From: Entomortierella parvispora E1425
Taxonomy: Eukaryota > Fungi > Mortierellomycota
Assembly: GCA_020891255.1 (NCBI GenBank)
Contig: BQFW01000005.1
Coordinates: 1,116,001 to 1,180,000, forward strand
Length of the DNA stretch: 64,000 nucleotides
Direction: 5' to 3'
The notes beneath the pieces are model-generated. The model was not told where the DNA came from and did not search any database. It saw nothing but the letters and a program-made list of their open reading frames with translations. Both the position numbers and the translations under genes were made by a program. Within the stretch, counting starts at the first letter, position 1. Every line of letters begins with the position of its first letter. Shown one piece after another: positions 10,243-21,865 of this stretch.

Positions 10243-10709
10243 TTTTTTTGTGCTCCGGGAAAGGCACCCACGACCAAATAAATGGCTCTCAATTCTCAAT
10301 TCACGCTTGCCTCCTCTCCCTCGCCCTCTCCCCGCATGGGCCTATCTCTCCATCTCTCCATCTTCCATCCAACTGACCCAACTCGCCCTCTCCTCATCCA
10401 CCACTGAAGTGCAAATGTCGCTGCCGAGGGGCCGCGCAAAATGTCCTCTCTACCAAGGAAGCACCCTTCGTGTTCGACGTCCAACGGGAAGTCGCACTCT
10501 GTCAACAAGGGCGCGATCATTGGAAGGTCTTTGGCGCACTGTTCAGTTTTTTCCCTTTTCCTTGAGTTTTGCACTGGCCTGAAAAGAAAAACTGGGTCAA
10601 TGGCCAGCACAGTTGGCTGTGCACTGCCATCAGTGCGCTGCCAGAGTCGTTCCCCTGCATGTAGTGCTGTCCACCAGAGTCGACCCTGAGTGCGCGGCGT
10701 ACACTGCCA

Positions 10710-10717
10710 CGTGGGAA
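10710..10717 (+). promoter_or_regulatory. CGTGGGAA motif (CSL/Cbf-type consensus) upstream of an F-box gene
   Basis: 150 bp upstream of ATG 10860. The same 8-mer occurs at 15122-15129 and 45022-45029, upstream of other F-box starts. Confidence 0.35.
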
Positions 10718-10859
10718 AGCCAAGAAATAATAAGCTCATGGCGTGCACTCCATCCAGTCGCTCATTCCCTCCTTCAGGCCCGCCCCCCTTCATTCAAGTT
10801 CTCATTCCCCCGCCTTTCCACATTCCCCTGGAGAAAAAGACAGACCGAAACACAGTGCA

Positions 10860-12671
10860 ATGACCCAGCATGCCCTCGACATTCCAGAGATCACCGAGCT
10901 TATTGTGGCCCACCTAACACGCAAGCATTTTTATGTTTGCATCCAAGTCTCGCGCCGTTGGCACGACGCCTTCGTGCCCTTTATCTGGAACTTTGCTCTC
11001 CTGAAGAAATTATACTTTTCCAATTATCCACCTCCCGAGGGTCTGCAACGCTACGCACATCTGATCGGTCAACTGTCTTATCGGGACATACCCACCTCAG
11101 AGGTGCCTCGCTATTTCCAAATCAATTTTCCAAACCTCGACAGCTTCCATGCCCACTACCTGCCCTGGAGTCAATGGACTAAAGATGAACGAAAATATTG
11201 GGGAGAAAAGAATCCTCTCCATGGGTTTCTGGAACGTCTTCCCCCTAGACCCCTCTCCTTGACCCTGGATTCGCACTTTGACGAGCTGAAGGATGAAACG
11301 GATGGGGAACTGGAACACTCTATCTGGAAGACTATCAGGGCAAGCTGCAAGACGATTCAAACGGACAGCAACATGAGTATCGGGTACGGCCCTCCTTCTG
11401 GTCTCACTCAATCTCTTCGTTCTTTAACTCTGCACCGAGTGACGTTCCATTGGCGAGAGATGGACGCCTGCGATGGTATATGGGATGTGCTAAAGGGCCT
11501 TGACAGACTGTCGATCCGAATTTGGTCTCACTCGCGATTAAAATCGGCGACACCAACAGGAAAGGCAATGACAGTCATGACGAAAACAGGCGACATGGCA
11601 ACGGCAACACAAACTTTGAACGACTTGCAACACCCGTTTGAAAAGATGGCAGGCGCAAAGATTCAACACTTAACGATTCAGTACTGCGAACATGGGGATC
11701 CAACTCTTCATAGCGAATTCGAACTTGTACGCCAGTGTCGGGATCTGCGGTCCCTTGCTTGGGTCAACCCTTCCGGTGATAATGACAGAGCAAGTCGAGC
11801 AACTGCTTTTACTCGGGAAGTTCAAGCTGGCCGCTGGCCATATTTGGAATCCCTGCGCCTCTCGATCTCCTACCTGAATGACAGGGAATTGGGAGAGATG
11901 ATATCCTCAATGATCAGGCCCATTCGAGAGTTGACAATCCATGGAAGTGCATTTCACATTTTGGCCAGTGAAGCGTTATTGAAGAGTGGTAAAGGGCGAC
12001 ATGTCAATAGTTTGGAGGTTCTCGTGATTCCGGAAGCCAAGCGTGTGCATGGCGGGTTTTTTCAGGAGATCCTGTGCTCCGCCCCCAAACTGGTCACTCT
12101 CCATGGGTGGAAGTTGACAGATTTGGATATCTGGAGGAACCCAAAGCCGTGGGTCTGTCACAAGTTGAAGGATTTTCAAATGTCGCTCTGCTTTGAGCTA
12201 TCAGAACCTGTCGCTGTGGGCACACTGTTCTCAAAGGCGAAAGATGCACGACAGACGTTACATCCGGTAGCGAGTACCCCACCGCGACCTTTGGAGATGG
12301 TCACGGATGAGGACACGACTGCCGTATTTTTGGATCGACTCGCGAAATGCAAAGAGTTGGAGACGTTGCTGCTTGGACAGCGTGAACATCTTCCCCAAAC
12401 GAACTGGAGAGGACAGCGGGAGCTCACACGTCTGTCCTATCAGACCTTGGAACTGGACCATGGTTTGGATCGATTGAAAACATTACGCCATTTGCAGCGC
12501 CTGGACATGCGGTTAACATACATGGCTATGACCGAGCTGGAGGCCATATGGATGATGGAACAGTGGCCCAGCCTTAAAGAGCTCCGTGCGAGCCAATTAT
12601 CGCCCGACATTGATTTGGCTCGAATGCTATGGTCGGGATTCAGGGAAAGAGGCATTCAGCGAGGATGGTAG
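10860..12671 (+). CDS. F-box / RNI-like LRR protein (603 aa, intronless)
   Basis: MTQHALDIPEITELIVAHL...VCIQVSRRWHDAFVPFIW; GRWPYLESL; PWVCHKLKDF; EAIWMMEQWPSLKEL. Confidence 0.88.
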   Translation: MTQHALDIPEITELIVAHLTRKHFYVCIQVSRRWHDAFVPFIWNFALLKKLYFSNYPPPEGLQRYAHLIGQLSYRDIPTSEVPRYFQINFPNLDSFHAHYLPWSQWTKDERKYWGEKNPLHGFLERLPPRPLSLTLDSHFDELKDETDGELEHSIWKTIRASCKTIQTDSNMSIGYGPPSGLTQSLRSLTLHRVTFHWREMDACDGIWDVLKGLDRLSIRIWSHSRLKSATPTGKAMTVMTKTGDMATATQTLNDLQHPFEKMAGAKIQHLTIQYCEHGDPTLHSEFELVRQCRDLRSLAWVNPSGDNDRASRATAFTREVQAGRWPYLESLRLSISYLNDRELGEMISSMIRPIRELTIHGSAFHILASEALLKSGKGRHVNSLEVLVIPEAKRVHGGFFQEILCSAPKLVTLHGWKLTDLDIWRNPKPWVCHKLKDFQMSLCFELSEPVAVGTLFSKAKDARQTLHPVASTPPRPLEMVTDEDTTAVFLDRLAKCKELETLLLGQREHLPQTNWRGQRELTRLSYQTLELDHGLDRLKTLRHLQRLDMRLTYMAMTELEAIWMMEQWPSLKELRASQLSPDIDLARMLWSGFRERGIQRGW

Positions 12672-12820
12672 TTTGAATAAAATATACTCTTTATTTTGCT
12701 TCCTTAGGCACCTGGGTTGAATGGCGACATGAGATGCTGCACTACCGTTCGTGAGGGCAAGAAGTCACATCAGATCTTAAAAAAAAAGGACCTCAGTCAA
12801 ATTGGAGACTCGAGACATGC

Positions 12821-14257
12821 TTAGTCGAAGGGGAAAAGGATCTCCTCTAATGTCTCCTCCAGAATCCCTCCATTGATCCGCCGAGTTCGTGTCTGGATAG
12901 GTTTGCCCTGTATGATCTTTGTAACATTGTCCGCGACATTTTCAATGAACATGTAGTCGAGTCCCGCAGGCGTCCTCTTGATGTTGATAACAACGTCAAA
13001 AATGGGGCGAGTGGTCCTCTGATGAACCACTTTTCTTCCGTCGACTGCAACACGGTCAGAGACCAGGGCTTCAGTTGTTCCTCCCAGGGCTTTGTTTAGC
13101 ATCGGATTGAAGACGAGATCCTGAATGTTGCCATGGACAGAGGCCACCATTTGGATAGACCGCAAGGCGATGGTCTGACAGACATCAACCTCGCCTTTCG
13201 TGTTGAGCTCATCGATGGCAATGACATCCGGCGAGTGGTTTCGGACACAATCCAGGAGTGTCATGTACTGACGATCTGGATTATACGGTCGGAAGACGCG
13301 CGCCGAGCCCACGATGTGGTCCTTGTTTTCCGAATCGCCGCATACCTCGCCCGAGGTATCGACCAAGCAGAGACACCTCTTACGAGCAAGGTGCTTGCAG
13401 ATTTCTCTCAAGGTCGTGGTCTTGCCCACATTTGGGGCTCCGCAGAGAAGGACATTCTTTTGCTCGATCAGGCCCTCGAACAAGGGGAGGAGGCCAGAGA
13501 CGCTTCGGCCCAGCCGAATGGTGACACCGTTGATGTTGCCATCGTATGCTACCGCCGCCAATCGGTGAAGGGTTTGCCCAAAGATCACTCGATTGGTCTT
13601 TTCAATGTCGGGCGCACCCCCTGGCAGGTTTTGGATGATGCTGTCAATGTCGTCTCGAGTGACCACACGATCCTGCTGGAGACATTCGCCGTTGGCCTTG
13701 ACAGCCATCTTTGATCCAACATCGACGAGGATATCGGTGATCCCAGAGTCGCCCAAATCAAGGTGCTCAATGGCCATGACCCCAAGAAGATCAATGATTG
13801 CTTCCGTGTCGCAATAGACGTCCAGTTCGGGGACCTGCTTTGTTGTCTTTACGAATTTCGGGCCAATTGTTGCAACAGCGGGTGGTGATGTTGCAACATT
13901 GGCGACGGAGGAGATTGCAGTTGAGGTTTGTGCCGTGGTTGTTGGAATAGGACTTTTAGGTTCGGTTGCCGAGGTTACCTTGGCCGAGAACGTTTTCCTT
14001 GTTAATACAACCTGACTGCCGCCTTTCGCCAGCGCCAAATAGTTGGTGAGTTTAGCGATCGTTCCGACCCTACCGCCAACGTTGCGTTTTTTGAGGGCTT
14101 TTTTGAACACGGCTATGTCCACAATCGTTTTGTCGGACCCAAAACATTCCTTTGCTGAGGCTTCGATAGCGGCGGCCTTGAAAGCTGCCTCGGCAGGAGT
14201 AACCTTGGCAGCAGCTGCGGCAGCTCTGGCCGCTTTTTCTGCTTTTGTAAGTGCCAT
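12821..14257 (-). CDS. Ycf45/SpoIIIAA-like AAA+ ATPase with an Ala/Lys-rich N-terminal extension (478 aa)
   Basis: ITDILVDVG, VTRDDID, NRVIFGQTLHRL, GVTIRLGRSV, Walker A GAPNVGKTT, VDTSGEVCGD, NHSPDVIAIDEL (Walker B), ASVHGN and NPMLNKALGG align with Ycf45-type motifs (TLHRIS, GLTCRVGR, GVGKTT, DTSNEIAGD, NHMPEVIVIDEI, TAHGN, NPTLSDLVGG). Confidence 0.88.
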   Translation of the reverse strand: MALTKAEKAARAAAAAAKVTPAEAAFKAAAIEASAKECFGSDKTIVDIAVFKKALKKRNVGGRVGTIAKLTNYLALAKGGSQVVLTRKTFSAKVTSATEPKSPIPTTTAQTSTAISSVANVATSPPAVATIGPKFVKTTKQVPELDVYCDTEAIIDLLGVMAIEHLDLGDSGITDILVDVGSKMAVKANGECLQQDRVVTRDDIDSIIQNLPGGAPDIEKTNRVIFGQTLHRLAAVAYDGNINGVTIRLGRSVSGLLPLFEGLIEQKNVLLCGAPNVGKTTTLREICKHLARKRCLCLVDTSGEVCGDSENKDHIVGSARVFRPYNPDRQYMTLLDCVRNHSPDVIAIDELNTKGEVDVCQTIALRSIQMVASVHGNIQDLVFNPMLNKALGGTTEALVSDRVAVDGRKVVHQRTTRPIFDVVINIKRTPAGLDYMFIENVADNVTKIIQGKPIQTRTRRINGGILEETLEEILFPFD

Positions 14258-15133
14258 TGGTATTTCGTTTCGTGAGAATACTGCTCGAACAAGTCAGGGA
14301 GGTGTCAAAGTGCGAGAAGAGGAGAGTGATGGCAGGAAGAAAGGATGGAAGGTGCAGCGAAGCAAAAAGTTTTTTTTTTTTTTTTTTACCTCTATTTCTT
14401 TTTTTTCTGGTGGAATCCGGATTTGAACAAAGAATGCATATGCTCAGTGCAGAGTGAGCAGGTGGATAAGAGGAAGAGGGGGGAAGAAGGGGGTATGGCG
14501 AAGTAAGGTATGGCGAAGTAAAGCCCCTTGTGGTGAGCTCGGAAGGGAGGTATCAACTGCGACGGTGTCGCACATGGATCAATCTCTTTGACAGGCGTGG
14601 TTTGGCCGAGGTCAATGCACCTTTGCAACACACATATCTCCTTTGCCATTTACAATGCAATAATCTCATGACCAATTGTCCACGTAGACCTCTTTTTGTG
14701 GAAAAGATCAACTCGTCAAAAATGAGGATTGCGACAAGAGCCTTGGGCGGACCAAAACATAGAGTGGATAAGTATCAAGCCAAGTGGCGGATGAACAGTG
14801 GGTTCATTTTAATCCATAGTAAAACAGAACGATTACAAAGATGCCCGATCTCTTCTTCAAGGACTGGCCCCCGTTTGTTTAGTCGGCCCCTTCTAATTTT
14901 GTTTTTATTTTGGTGCTGTTAGCAGAAGGGTTGCTTCGGAACGTCTCTTTCAAGAGCAGCACGATCATGAGCGGAAGTAAGAAGGTTGCGGAGCCCCTAT
15001 CTAGAAAGGCGGGTGAAAAAAGGCGAAGTATTGGCACAGCAAACTAGCAGCTTGGGAAAATTCTTTTGAGCAGAAGACAACAACCGCACCTGTGGATTTT
15101 GCAAACTGTCACCATGCACCACGTGGGAAAGCC

Positions 15134-15170
<37 letters not shown>

Positions 15171-15260
15171 ATGGGGCCATACATTCCATGCAGTTCATTC
15201 GTTCTCTTTCCATCCTTCATTTCACATTCCTACACAGTAAGACAGACCCTCTCACCGCCA

Positions 15261-15545
15261 ATGACTCAGCATGCCCTTGACGTTCCCGAGATCACCAAGT
15301 GCATTGTCGCCCGTCCAACCACGCAACACGCACGGTGGCACAATGCCTTCGTGCCCTTCTCGGACTTTGCTCCCCGGAAGGACTGGTACCTTTCCAATTA
15401 TACATCTCTCAAGGGTCTTCAACGTTACGCCTATCTGACCCTTCAGCCTTTTTATTGCGCTTTACCCGCAGAGAGCTGTCACCCTCGTTGATCCTTAGCT
15501 CCTATACTTATTTATTCACCTTGCTTGGGTTCAATGGACCATGAG
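15261..15545 (+). pseudogene. Truncated paralog of the 10860 F-box gene
   Basis: MTQHALDVPEITKCIV...RWHNAFVPF...YLSNY..KGLQRYAYL with the CIQVSR core deleted, an early TGA, and a last homologous piece near 15520-15545. Confidence 0.82.
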
Positions 15546-15588
15546 ACACAACCTCCAGATATAGTCGTATTAGAAACTTGAGGTAAGC

Positions 15589-17085
15589 TCAATAGAGAGG
15601 AAAGATGACCTCCTCCGTTGTTTCCTCTAGAGTCCCTCCATTAATTCGCCGGGTTCTTGTCTGGATTGGTTTGCCTTCTATAATCTTTGAAACATTATCC
15701 GCCACGTTCTCGACGAACATGTAGTCCAATCCCATGGGTGTCCTCTTGATGTTGATAACCACATCGAAAATGGGACGGGTGGACCTCTGATTAACCACTT
15801 TCCTTCCGTCGACTGCAACGCGATCAGAGACGGTGGCTTGAGTCGTTCCTCCCAAAGCTTTGTTCAACATTGGATTAAACACCAGGTCCTGAATATTGCC
15901 ATGGACACAGGCCACCATTTGGATAGATCGTAGGGCGATGGTCTGACAAACTTCCACCTCGCCTTTTGTGTTGAGCTCATCGATGGCAATGACATCCGCG
16001 GAATGGTTCCTGACACAGTCCAGCAGCGTCATGTACTGGCGATCTGGATCATGCGGTCGGAAGACACGTGCAGCGCCGACGATATGATCCTTGTTCTCAA
16101 AATCGCCACATATCTCGCCCGAACTATCAATCAAACAGAGACACCTCTTCTGGGCAAGGTGTTTGCAGATTTCTCTCAATGCTGTAGTCTTGCCGACATT
16201 CGGCGCTCCGCAGAGAAGGATATTCTTTTGTTCGATAAGGTCTTCAAAGAGGGGCAGGAGACCAGAGACTCTCCGACCCAGCCGAATTGTGACACCGTTG
16301 ATGTTGCCGTCGTATCCCACTGCTGCCAGTCGATGAAGGGTTTGTCCAAACATGACACGGTTGGTCTTTTTAATGTCGGGTCCACCCCCTGGAAGGTTTT
16401 GGATGATGTTGTCAATGTCGTCTCGGGTGATAATTCGATCATGTTGGAGGCATTCGCCGTTCACCTTGACAGTCATTTTTGATCCAACATCCATGAGAAT
16501 ATCAGTGGTCCCTGGATTGTTCAAGTCGAGGTGCTCACTTGCCATGGCGCCGAGAAGATCATCGATGGCCTTTGTGTCGCAATGGACATTCAGTTCGGGG
16601 ACCGGCTTAGTTGTCTTTACGAGTTTTGGACTGACTGTTCTGTCAACGGTTGAAGTTTCAGTCTTGGTTGCCGAGGACTTTGCGGTCGGAGCTTTTGTTG
16701 AATCCGCTGGAATAGGACTTTGAGGTTCAGACGTTGAGGTTTCCTTGGTCGAGAACTTGTTTTTTGTTAATAAAACCTGATGGCCACCTTTTGTCAGCTT
16801 CAAATAATCGGTGAGTCCAATGATTTTTCCGAGGGGTTTGCTGATGCCGATAGTGCGTTCGAGCGCTTTTTTGAACTCCAGGGTGTCCACAGTTGTTTTC
16901 TCGGATCCAAAACACTCCTTGACCGAGGCTTCAATACCAGCGACCTTGGCCGAGGCTTCAATACCAGCGACCTTGGCCGAGGCTTCAAGGGCTGCAGCCT
17001 TCGCGCCCACCTGGGTGGCAGCAGTCTTGGCGGCGGCGACAGCGGCAACAGCGACTCTTCCTACTTTTGTAAGAACGGGTGACAT
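15589..17085 (-). CDS. Ycf45/SpoIIIAA-like AAA+ ATPase, paralog 2 (498 aa)
   Basis: The ATPase core is highly similar to 12821-14257 (GAPNVGKTT, NHSADVIAIDEL). The N-terminus has a 27-bp tandem duplication (EASAKVAGI x2) at about 16923-16990. Confidence 0.88.
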   Translation of the reverse strand: MSPVLTKVGRVAVAAVAAAKTAATQVGAKAAALEASAKVAGIEASAKVAGIEASVKECFGSEKTTVDTLEFKKALERTIGISKPLGKIIGLTDYLKLTKGGHQVLLTKNKFSTKETSTSEPQSPIPADSTKAPTAKSSATKTETSTVDRTVSPKLVKTTKPVPELNVHCDTKAIDDLLGAMASEHLDLNNPGTTDILMDVGSKMTVKVNGECLQHDRIITRDDIDNIIQNLPGGGPDIKKTNRVMFGQTLHRLAAVGYDGNINGVTIRLGRRVSGLLPLFEDLIEQKNILLCGAPNVGKTTALREICKHLAQKRCLCLIDSSGEICGDFENKDHIVGAARVFRPHDPDRQYMTLLDCVRNHSADVIAIDELNTKGEVEVCQTIALRSIQMVACVHGNIQDLVFNPMLNKALGGTTQATVSDRVAVDGRKVVNQRSTRPIFDVVINIKRTPMGLDYMFVENVADNVSKIIEGKPIQTRTRRINGGTLEETTEEVIFPLY

Positions 17086-17535
17086 TTCGATAGGCGTGAA
17101 AATCGCTTAACAAGTCAAGGGAGAAGAGGAAGGCAGTGGAGGAAAGAAAGGAGATGGGGCTAGGGTGAAGAGGGGAAGATTTTTTTTCTTTCGTTTCTGG
17201 ACCTGAACAAAGAAATGCACATGCACAGCGAGGGAGCGTGTGGATAAGGGTGAGCGGGCGGGAAAGGGGGAATTTTTCTTCTTGGCAAAGCAATACCCCT
17301 TGTTGAGAGAAGAGCGGTATCGGTTGCGACGATATCGCTGATTGCACAGAAGCAAAATGTCAACATGCCTCTTTCTGTGTTCGCTCCTTCCCAACCACCA
17401 TGATGCAAGTACCAGCACTATTCCGTTCACTCGACACCCTAGTTATCTCTTTCAATGCCATTCCCTGCATCGTCCATCTCTTGTTGTCCTTATGTCTTTC
17501 ACACCCCTGCCCAATCTTCCAGAGAGCCGCAACCA

Positions 17536-17567
<32 letters not shown>

Positions 17568-17698
17568 TTCCTGAGAATGGTGTAGCTATGGATGGGTTTC
17601 CCCATCGTCTTGCAAAAGCCTCAGTGAAGGGATATACAAGGTGCATTTGTTGTTTATTTGAGAACTGCAGTTTTAAAAGTCGTTTTCAGGTCGTCTCC

Positions 17699-18709
17699 CT
17701 AGTTGACCCTAGATGACTGGATCAACTTGGCGGAGCCGGCAGTAGCTGGTGTGGCCCAGACAAGATACTCTGCAAGTATATTCCACAGGTTTTTTTGATT
17801 CGTTAAAATAACAATTTCTTGAAGCAGAATGTTATTGACCGATATCAATTTTTCATGCGCCTCGCTCCAAGCGTTTTCTGCGCGTCCCAAAGCATCATCC
17901 GCCTCTTTCATAGTGCGGCTCGCGCGTTCCAAAGCATCATTCGCCTCTTTCATAGTGCGGTTCGCGCGTTCCAAAACATCATTCGCCTTCATCTGAGTAG
18001 CATTCGCAGTTTTCCAAATGTTCTTTTCTTTTCTCAACGCTCGGTTCTTGACACGCAAAAAGCGGACTTCGCTAGAGGTCCGCCTGGCTTTCGTTCTGAC
18101 TGGGCAACTTGAGAATTGGTCAATATCGGGCCGGTCGCTTTTTGGACTTGAGGCCTGGTCGCTTTCTGGATTTGAGGCTTTGTCGCTTTCTTGATTTGAG
18201 GCCTGGTCGCTTTCTTGATTTGGGGCCTGGTCGATTTCTGGATTTGAGGCCTGGTCGATTTCTGGATTTGAGGCCTGATCACTCCCGGGATTGTCGTTGT
18301 TCCTGTTCAACCAGTTCAACAACCTCCGGGCATATTGCACCCCACCAAACGCTGCGAAGGCCCCCACCCCCACAGCGGCGATGGCGGTACAGATGATTTT
18401 TTTAATCAAAGGTCGAGAGGCTGGATTTCCGAGAACAGTGGCCACCCACGATACCATGCTTGAGAAGGGTACAGAGAATGCGCTTGGAAGTATGGCTGCA
18501 CCTCCAACCATTGCTGTAACGCCTACAAGGGCTAGGATGGCATAGAGAATGAATTTGGCGATCCTGCTATATGTTACTTCGGGTAGAAATTTTTTGAGGT
18601 CATCAGCACACAAAGTGACCTGATCAGCAATCGCGGCCAATAAGGCAGGCGAGAGAGATGTGAAGGCGGAGCAGTCAACTGGTCCAAGGGTTGCGACCTG
18701 AAAAGACAT
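17699..18709 (-). CDS. Hypothetical membrane-anchored protein with 8-aa repeats and a coiled coil (336 aa)
   Basis: ATG 18709 follows a pyrimidine-rich leader. Two or three hydrophobic segments, six 24-bp repeats at 18134-18277 (DQASNPEI-type), and 42-bp repeats at about 17882-17990 (MKEANDALERASRT). Confidence 0.6.
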   Translation of the reverse strand: MSFQVATLGPVDCSAFTSLSPALLAAIADQVTLCADDLKKFLPEVTYSRIAKFILYAILALVGVTAMVGGAAILPSAFSVPFSSMVSWVATVLGNPASRPLIKKIICTAIAAVGVGAFAAFGGVQYARRLLNWLNRNNDNPGSDQASNPEIDQASNPEIDQAPNQESDQASNQESDKASNPESDQASSPKSDRPDIDQFSSCPVRTKARRTSSEVRFLRVKNRALRKEKNIWKTANATQMKANDVLERANRTMKEANDALERASRTMKEADDALGRAENAWSEAHEKLISVNNILLQEIVILTNQKNLWNILAEYLVWATPATAGSAKLIQSSRVN

Positions 18710-19299
18710 TGTGAAAGATGACAGAGAACGAGATACAGCTGCGCTAGAGTGAAAGGAAAGATGCGAGGGATGGACAGAAAGAGAGGGGAAAAAGTGAAGG
18801 GAAAGAACTAGAGTGAGCGGTATAAAGAGGAAGGCAAAGCATCGAGTTGGAAGAGAGGGGAGGGAAGCAGCAAATTGATGGAGGGAGGGAGGGCGAAGCA
18901 GCAAATTGGGATGAAGGGCGGGAAGGCGAAGCAGCGAAGAAGGAAGCGGTGAGTGAAGAACAGAAAAACAGAACGGGCAACCATCGGCGAACAGCGACGT
19001 AAGGTCTAATTAGAGTGAGCAAAACCGATGCATGAGAAAGATATCAGCCGTTTGGAAACAACGGAGCCGCTCTGCTCTGAAGAATGAATCATCCTTCACG
19101 TCTTTTTCACCCTTGCCCAATCTTCTAGAGAGTCGCTACTTGAAATCACCTTGTGCTGGTACAATATTTGCCACCACTTTACTTGCAGAAAGGTTTATTC
19201 TTCAATGCAATCATTTCCATGGTTGCTTTCATTAGATTCACTTGCAATTCATGAAATTGTCGTGCATTCGTTGAATACAGATAACACAGATACAGGATC

Positions 19300-19900
19300 A
19301 TGCAACAGTGGGGTTGGTGACAAGACCGAGCCTACTTCTTGGTGAGAAAAGTCTTGAATTCTGGAGTTCCAATAGTTGGAATTCGTTCCTGCAAAAGAGG
19401 TCCTGGAGTGGCCACATGCTTTTTGCGAGAAGAGACCTGTTCGAAAACATTGTGGAGTCCGAGTGCAATCGTTGCTTCCAAATCAAGCCACGACTTGATA
19501 TCAGCACCTAATGTCTTCAAATCAGTCAGGCTGTCTGGAATGGTCCTTCACGTACACCATGAAATGGAGATTCCCACACCTAAACATGACGTAAATGGAT
19601 ATAACTTGAGCAACGATTTTGATTGTCGGGCTAACCAGAAATGAACTCCATCGTTGGCCTTCCAGAAGGTAAATTCACGTAGTAGGTCCGACTTGACATC
19701 CTCTTCCAAACTTCTGTCCTTGATCGCCCGCTGATATCGATGATGTCCATGCTGTTTAAGGTAGATTTTGAAGCCTCAAAGAATAGCCGCCCTCCTTTCT
19801 TGTGTGCCCAAGAGAATCACTTTTTTATTCTCTCTGGCAATCAGCTTTTTTCTGCCTTCCATGATAGTGTGCACAAAGAAGAGTACGAGGAGTTCGACCA
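19300..19900 (-). pseudogene. Second decayed member of the multicopy family seen at 7576-9010
   Basis: YQRAIKDRSLEEDVKSDLLREFTFWKANDGVHFWLARQ parallels RRDKLEKTFQDFQNHHRKTFWAERL. 19790-19860 is homologous to 8336-8406. Confidence 0.45.
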
Positions 19901-21456
19901 CCTAAACAGCGCCACTGCAGTCCTACGACTAATTCAAGTAGTCTGTATCAATCAGATCAGTCTACTTCAAGGGGAAGGAAGCCAATTTCATAAAAGCAAC
20001 TGGCAGCCTTCATGTGACAACAAGCACAGAGGACCAGAGGTTCATTTCTTCTTTAATTACCCAAATCAAACAACGACAAGGGCTCAAGGAAGAAATCTCA
20101 CCAATGACCACGAAAGGTTTTCACAAGATGCTTTCCGACAAAACATCGGAAAAGCAGGGAGCGTCGAACACATGGCGAAGTCTGCAAGACAAGTCAACGA
20201 GCCAAAGGACAAAAGAATCAATTTCATTCTTTGGTTACCCCACATCACACAATGACAGAGGCCAAGGAATAAATCTCTTCAGATGCCAACGAGTGGCTTC
20301 CACAAAAGCTGTTTTGATAAAACATGATGCTAGCGAGAGTGTTGCGCGAGTCTTTCACCACATATGACCAAAAGAGTCGAATGATGACAGATCATAGAGA
20401 ACTGGCTGGATAGTGCAATACCCTTACCTGACAAAAGACAATGCATTAAGAGTGACACGGTGAAAAGTAGCCAGCGATGACGATAGACAACAGCGATGGT
20501 TAATGACGCGGCAAAGAGAGTTCAGGAACGATTGAAGTCGAAAGACACAAGGAAATGAGACTAGGACAGCGAGGGGAGGAGTAAGGATGCAGAAGAGAGA
20601 ATGATGGAGATGTTCGAAGATGAACAGGGATGGAGAGACAAGGACAAAGAGCAGAGAGGAGAGGAGGGCATGACGCCGAAGAAGGGTGTTCTGGTCCGTT
20701 GCTGCGCGAGGGACGGAGAGGAGAGCGCTGCTTTGACAACAGGGACGGAGCGCAGCAAGGGACGGACGGACGACAACAACAAAAAAGGCAAAGGACGTGG
20801 TGTCCATATTCACATTCTTTATTCTTGCCACCCAATCTATATATACCCTGCGCTTGCCTTGCGTTGCTCTTGCGCCGTCCTTCTTGTCTCCATCTTTCCT
20901 GTCTCCATCTTTCTTGGCTCTTGCATCCTCTCCGTCGCACATGTCAATTTCCATTTCTCTTTTCTTGCATCTCTCTGTTGCTCCTTTCCCCTTTTTCAAT
21001 AGACTCCCCTCACCTCCACTTGAGCCCGACGAGGGTTTGAGAAAAGACATGACAAATAAACCCCAAGAACACTGGCCCTTCCATTTGGCAGATTGATTGA
21101 AAGATGCAACTTGAAACTCAAATCCTCACAGATAGGCCGAAGGAGCATCGCAACGGAAGCATCGCAACAGAAGCATCGCGGAGGAGATAAGGCAGAATCA
21201 GGTAGCATGATAGAAGGGCTGGAGTGCGCTCAACATGTCAGGACCTAATAGATTCAGTAGTATTTGAGTTTTTCTGAATCAGCGCCTGGTGTTCACAGTG
21301 AATGCTCGAATTCAATCGTCCATAGCCCGTGAACTTGGTATCAGAACCAAGGACGACTCCAGTAAATCCATCCATCTCCCAGAAAGACAACACTTGCGTC
21401 CTGTTATCAGATTTTCAGTCATACCCTTTTGAGATCCACGAGAGAAAAAGATCACG

Positions 21457-21865
21457 CAGCGTCCATGTGGATTTATTTGGATCCTGCAGAGTGATACGGT
21501 CCGATTCCGTCTTTTTGCCTGATGCCTATGACTCTTTCACCTCCTCCTGCCTCTCGACCGTGGTCCTAATATTGGATCCTTCTGCAGCAGTCATTAATGT
21601 CGTCCTTGCCAGCCACCTCGGCACAGAGCGCAAGCCCCCGGCCACCATTTCTTCATGCCCTGGCTCTCAAAGACATCTAGGATGGCCATCTTTGTCTTCT
21701 GATATGAAGTAGCACATCTCATTCGAACGGTATAAAGCCTAGTCCAGTTATCTACCATCCATTGTGCCTCCTTGACCCTATATCCTGTTCCGTTTCTTCG
21801 TCCAGGCTCAACTCTTCCTGTGGACTCAGTGCCTTGAGCCGAACCAAGCCATACCTGAGGTATAG
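21457..21865 (-). pseudogene. 3' fragment of an F-box/LRR gene plus downstream flank (unit A)
   Basis: Homologous to 43125-43535 (YGLVRLKALS..EELSLDEETEQDI / VKEAQWMVDNW), with a 1-bp deletion relative to the 43281 gene. Confidence 0.85.

Noticed and set aside
20424-21096. Several overlapping 100-200 aa ORFs
   Set aside because: Low-complexity purine/pyrimidine-skewed leader-type DNA with no protein-like signal.
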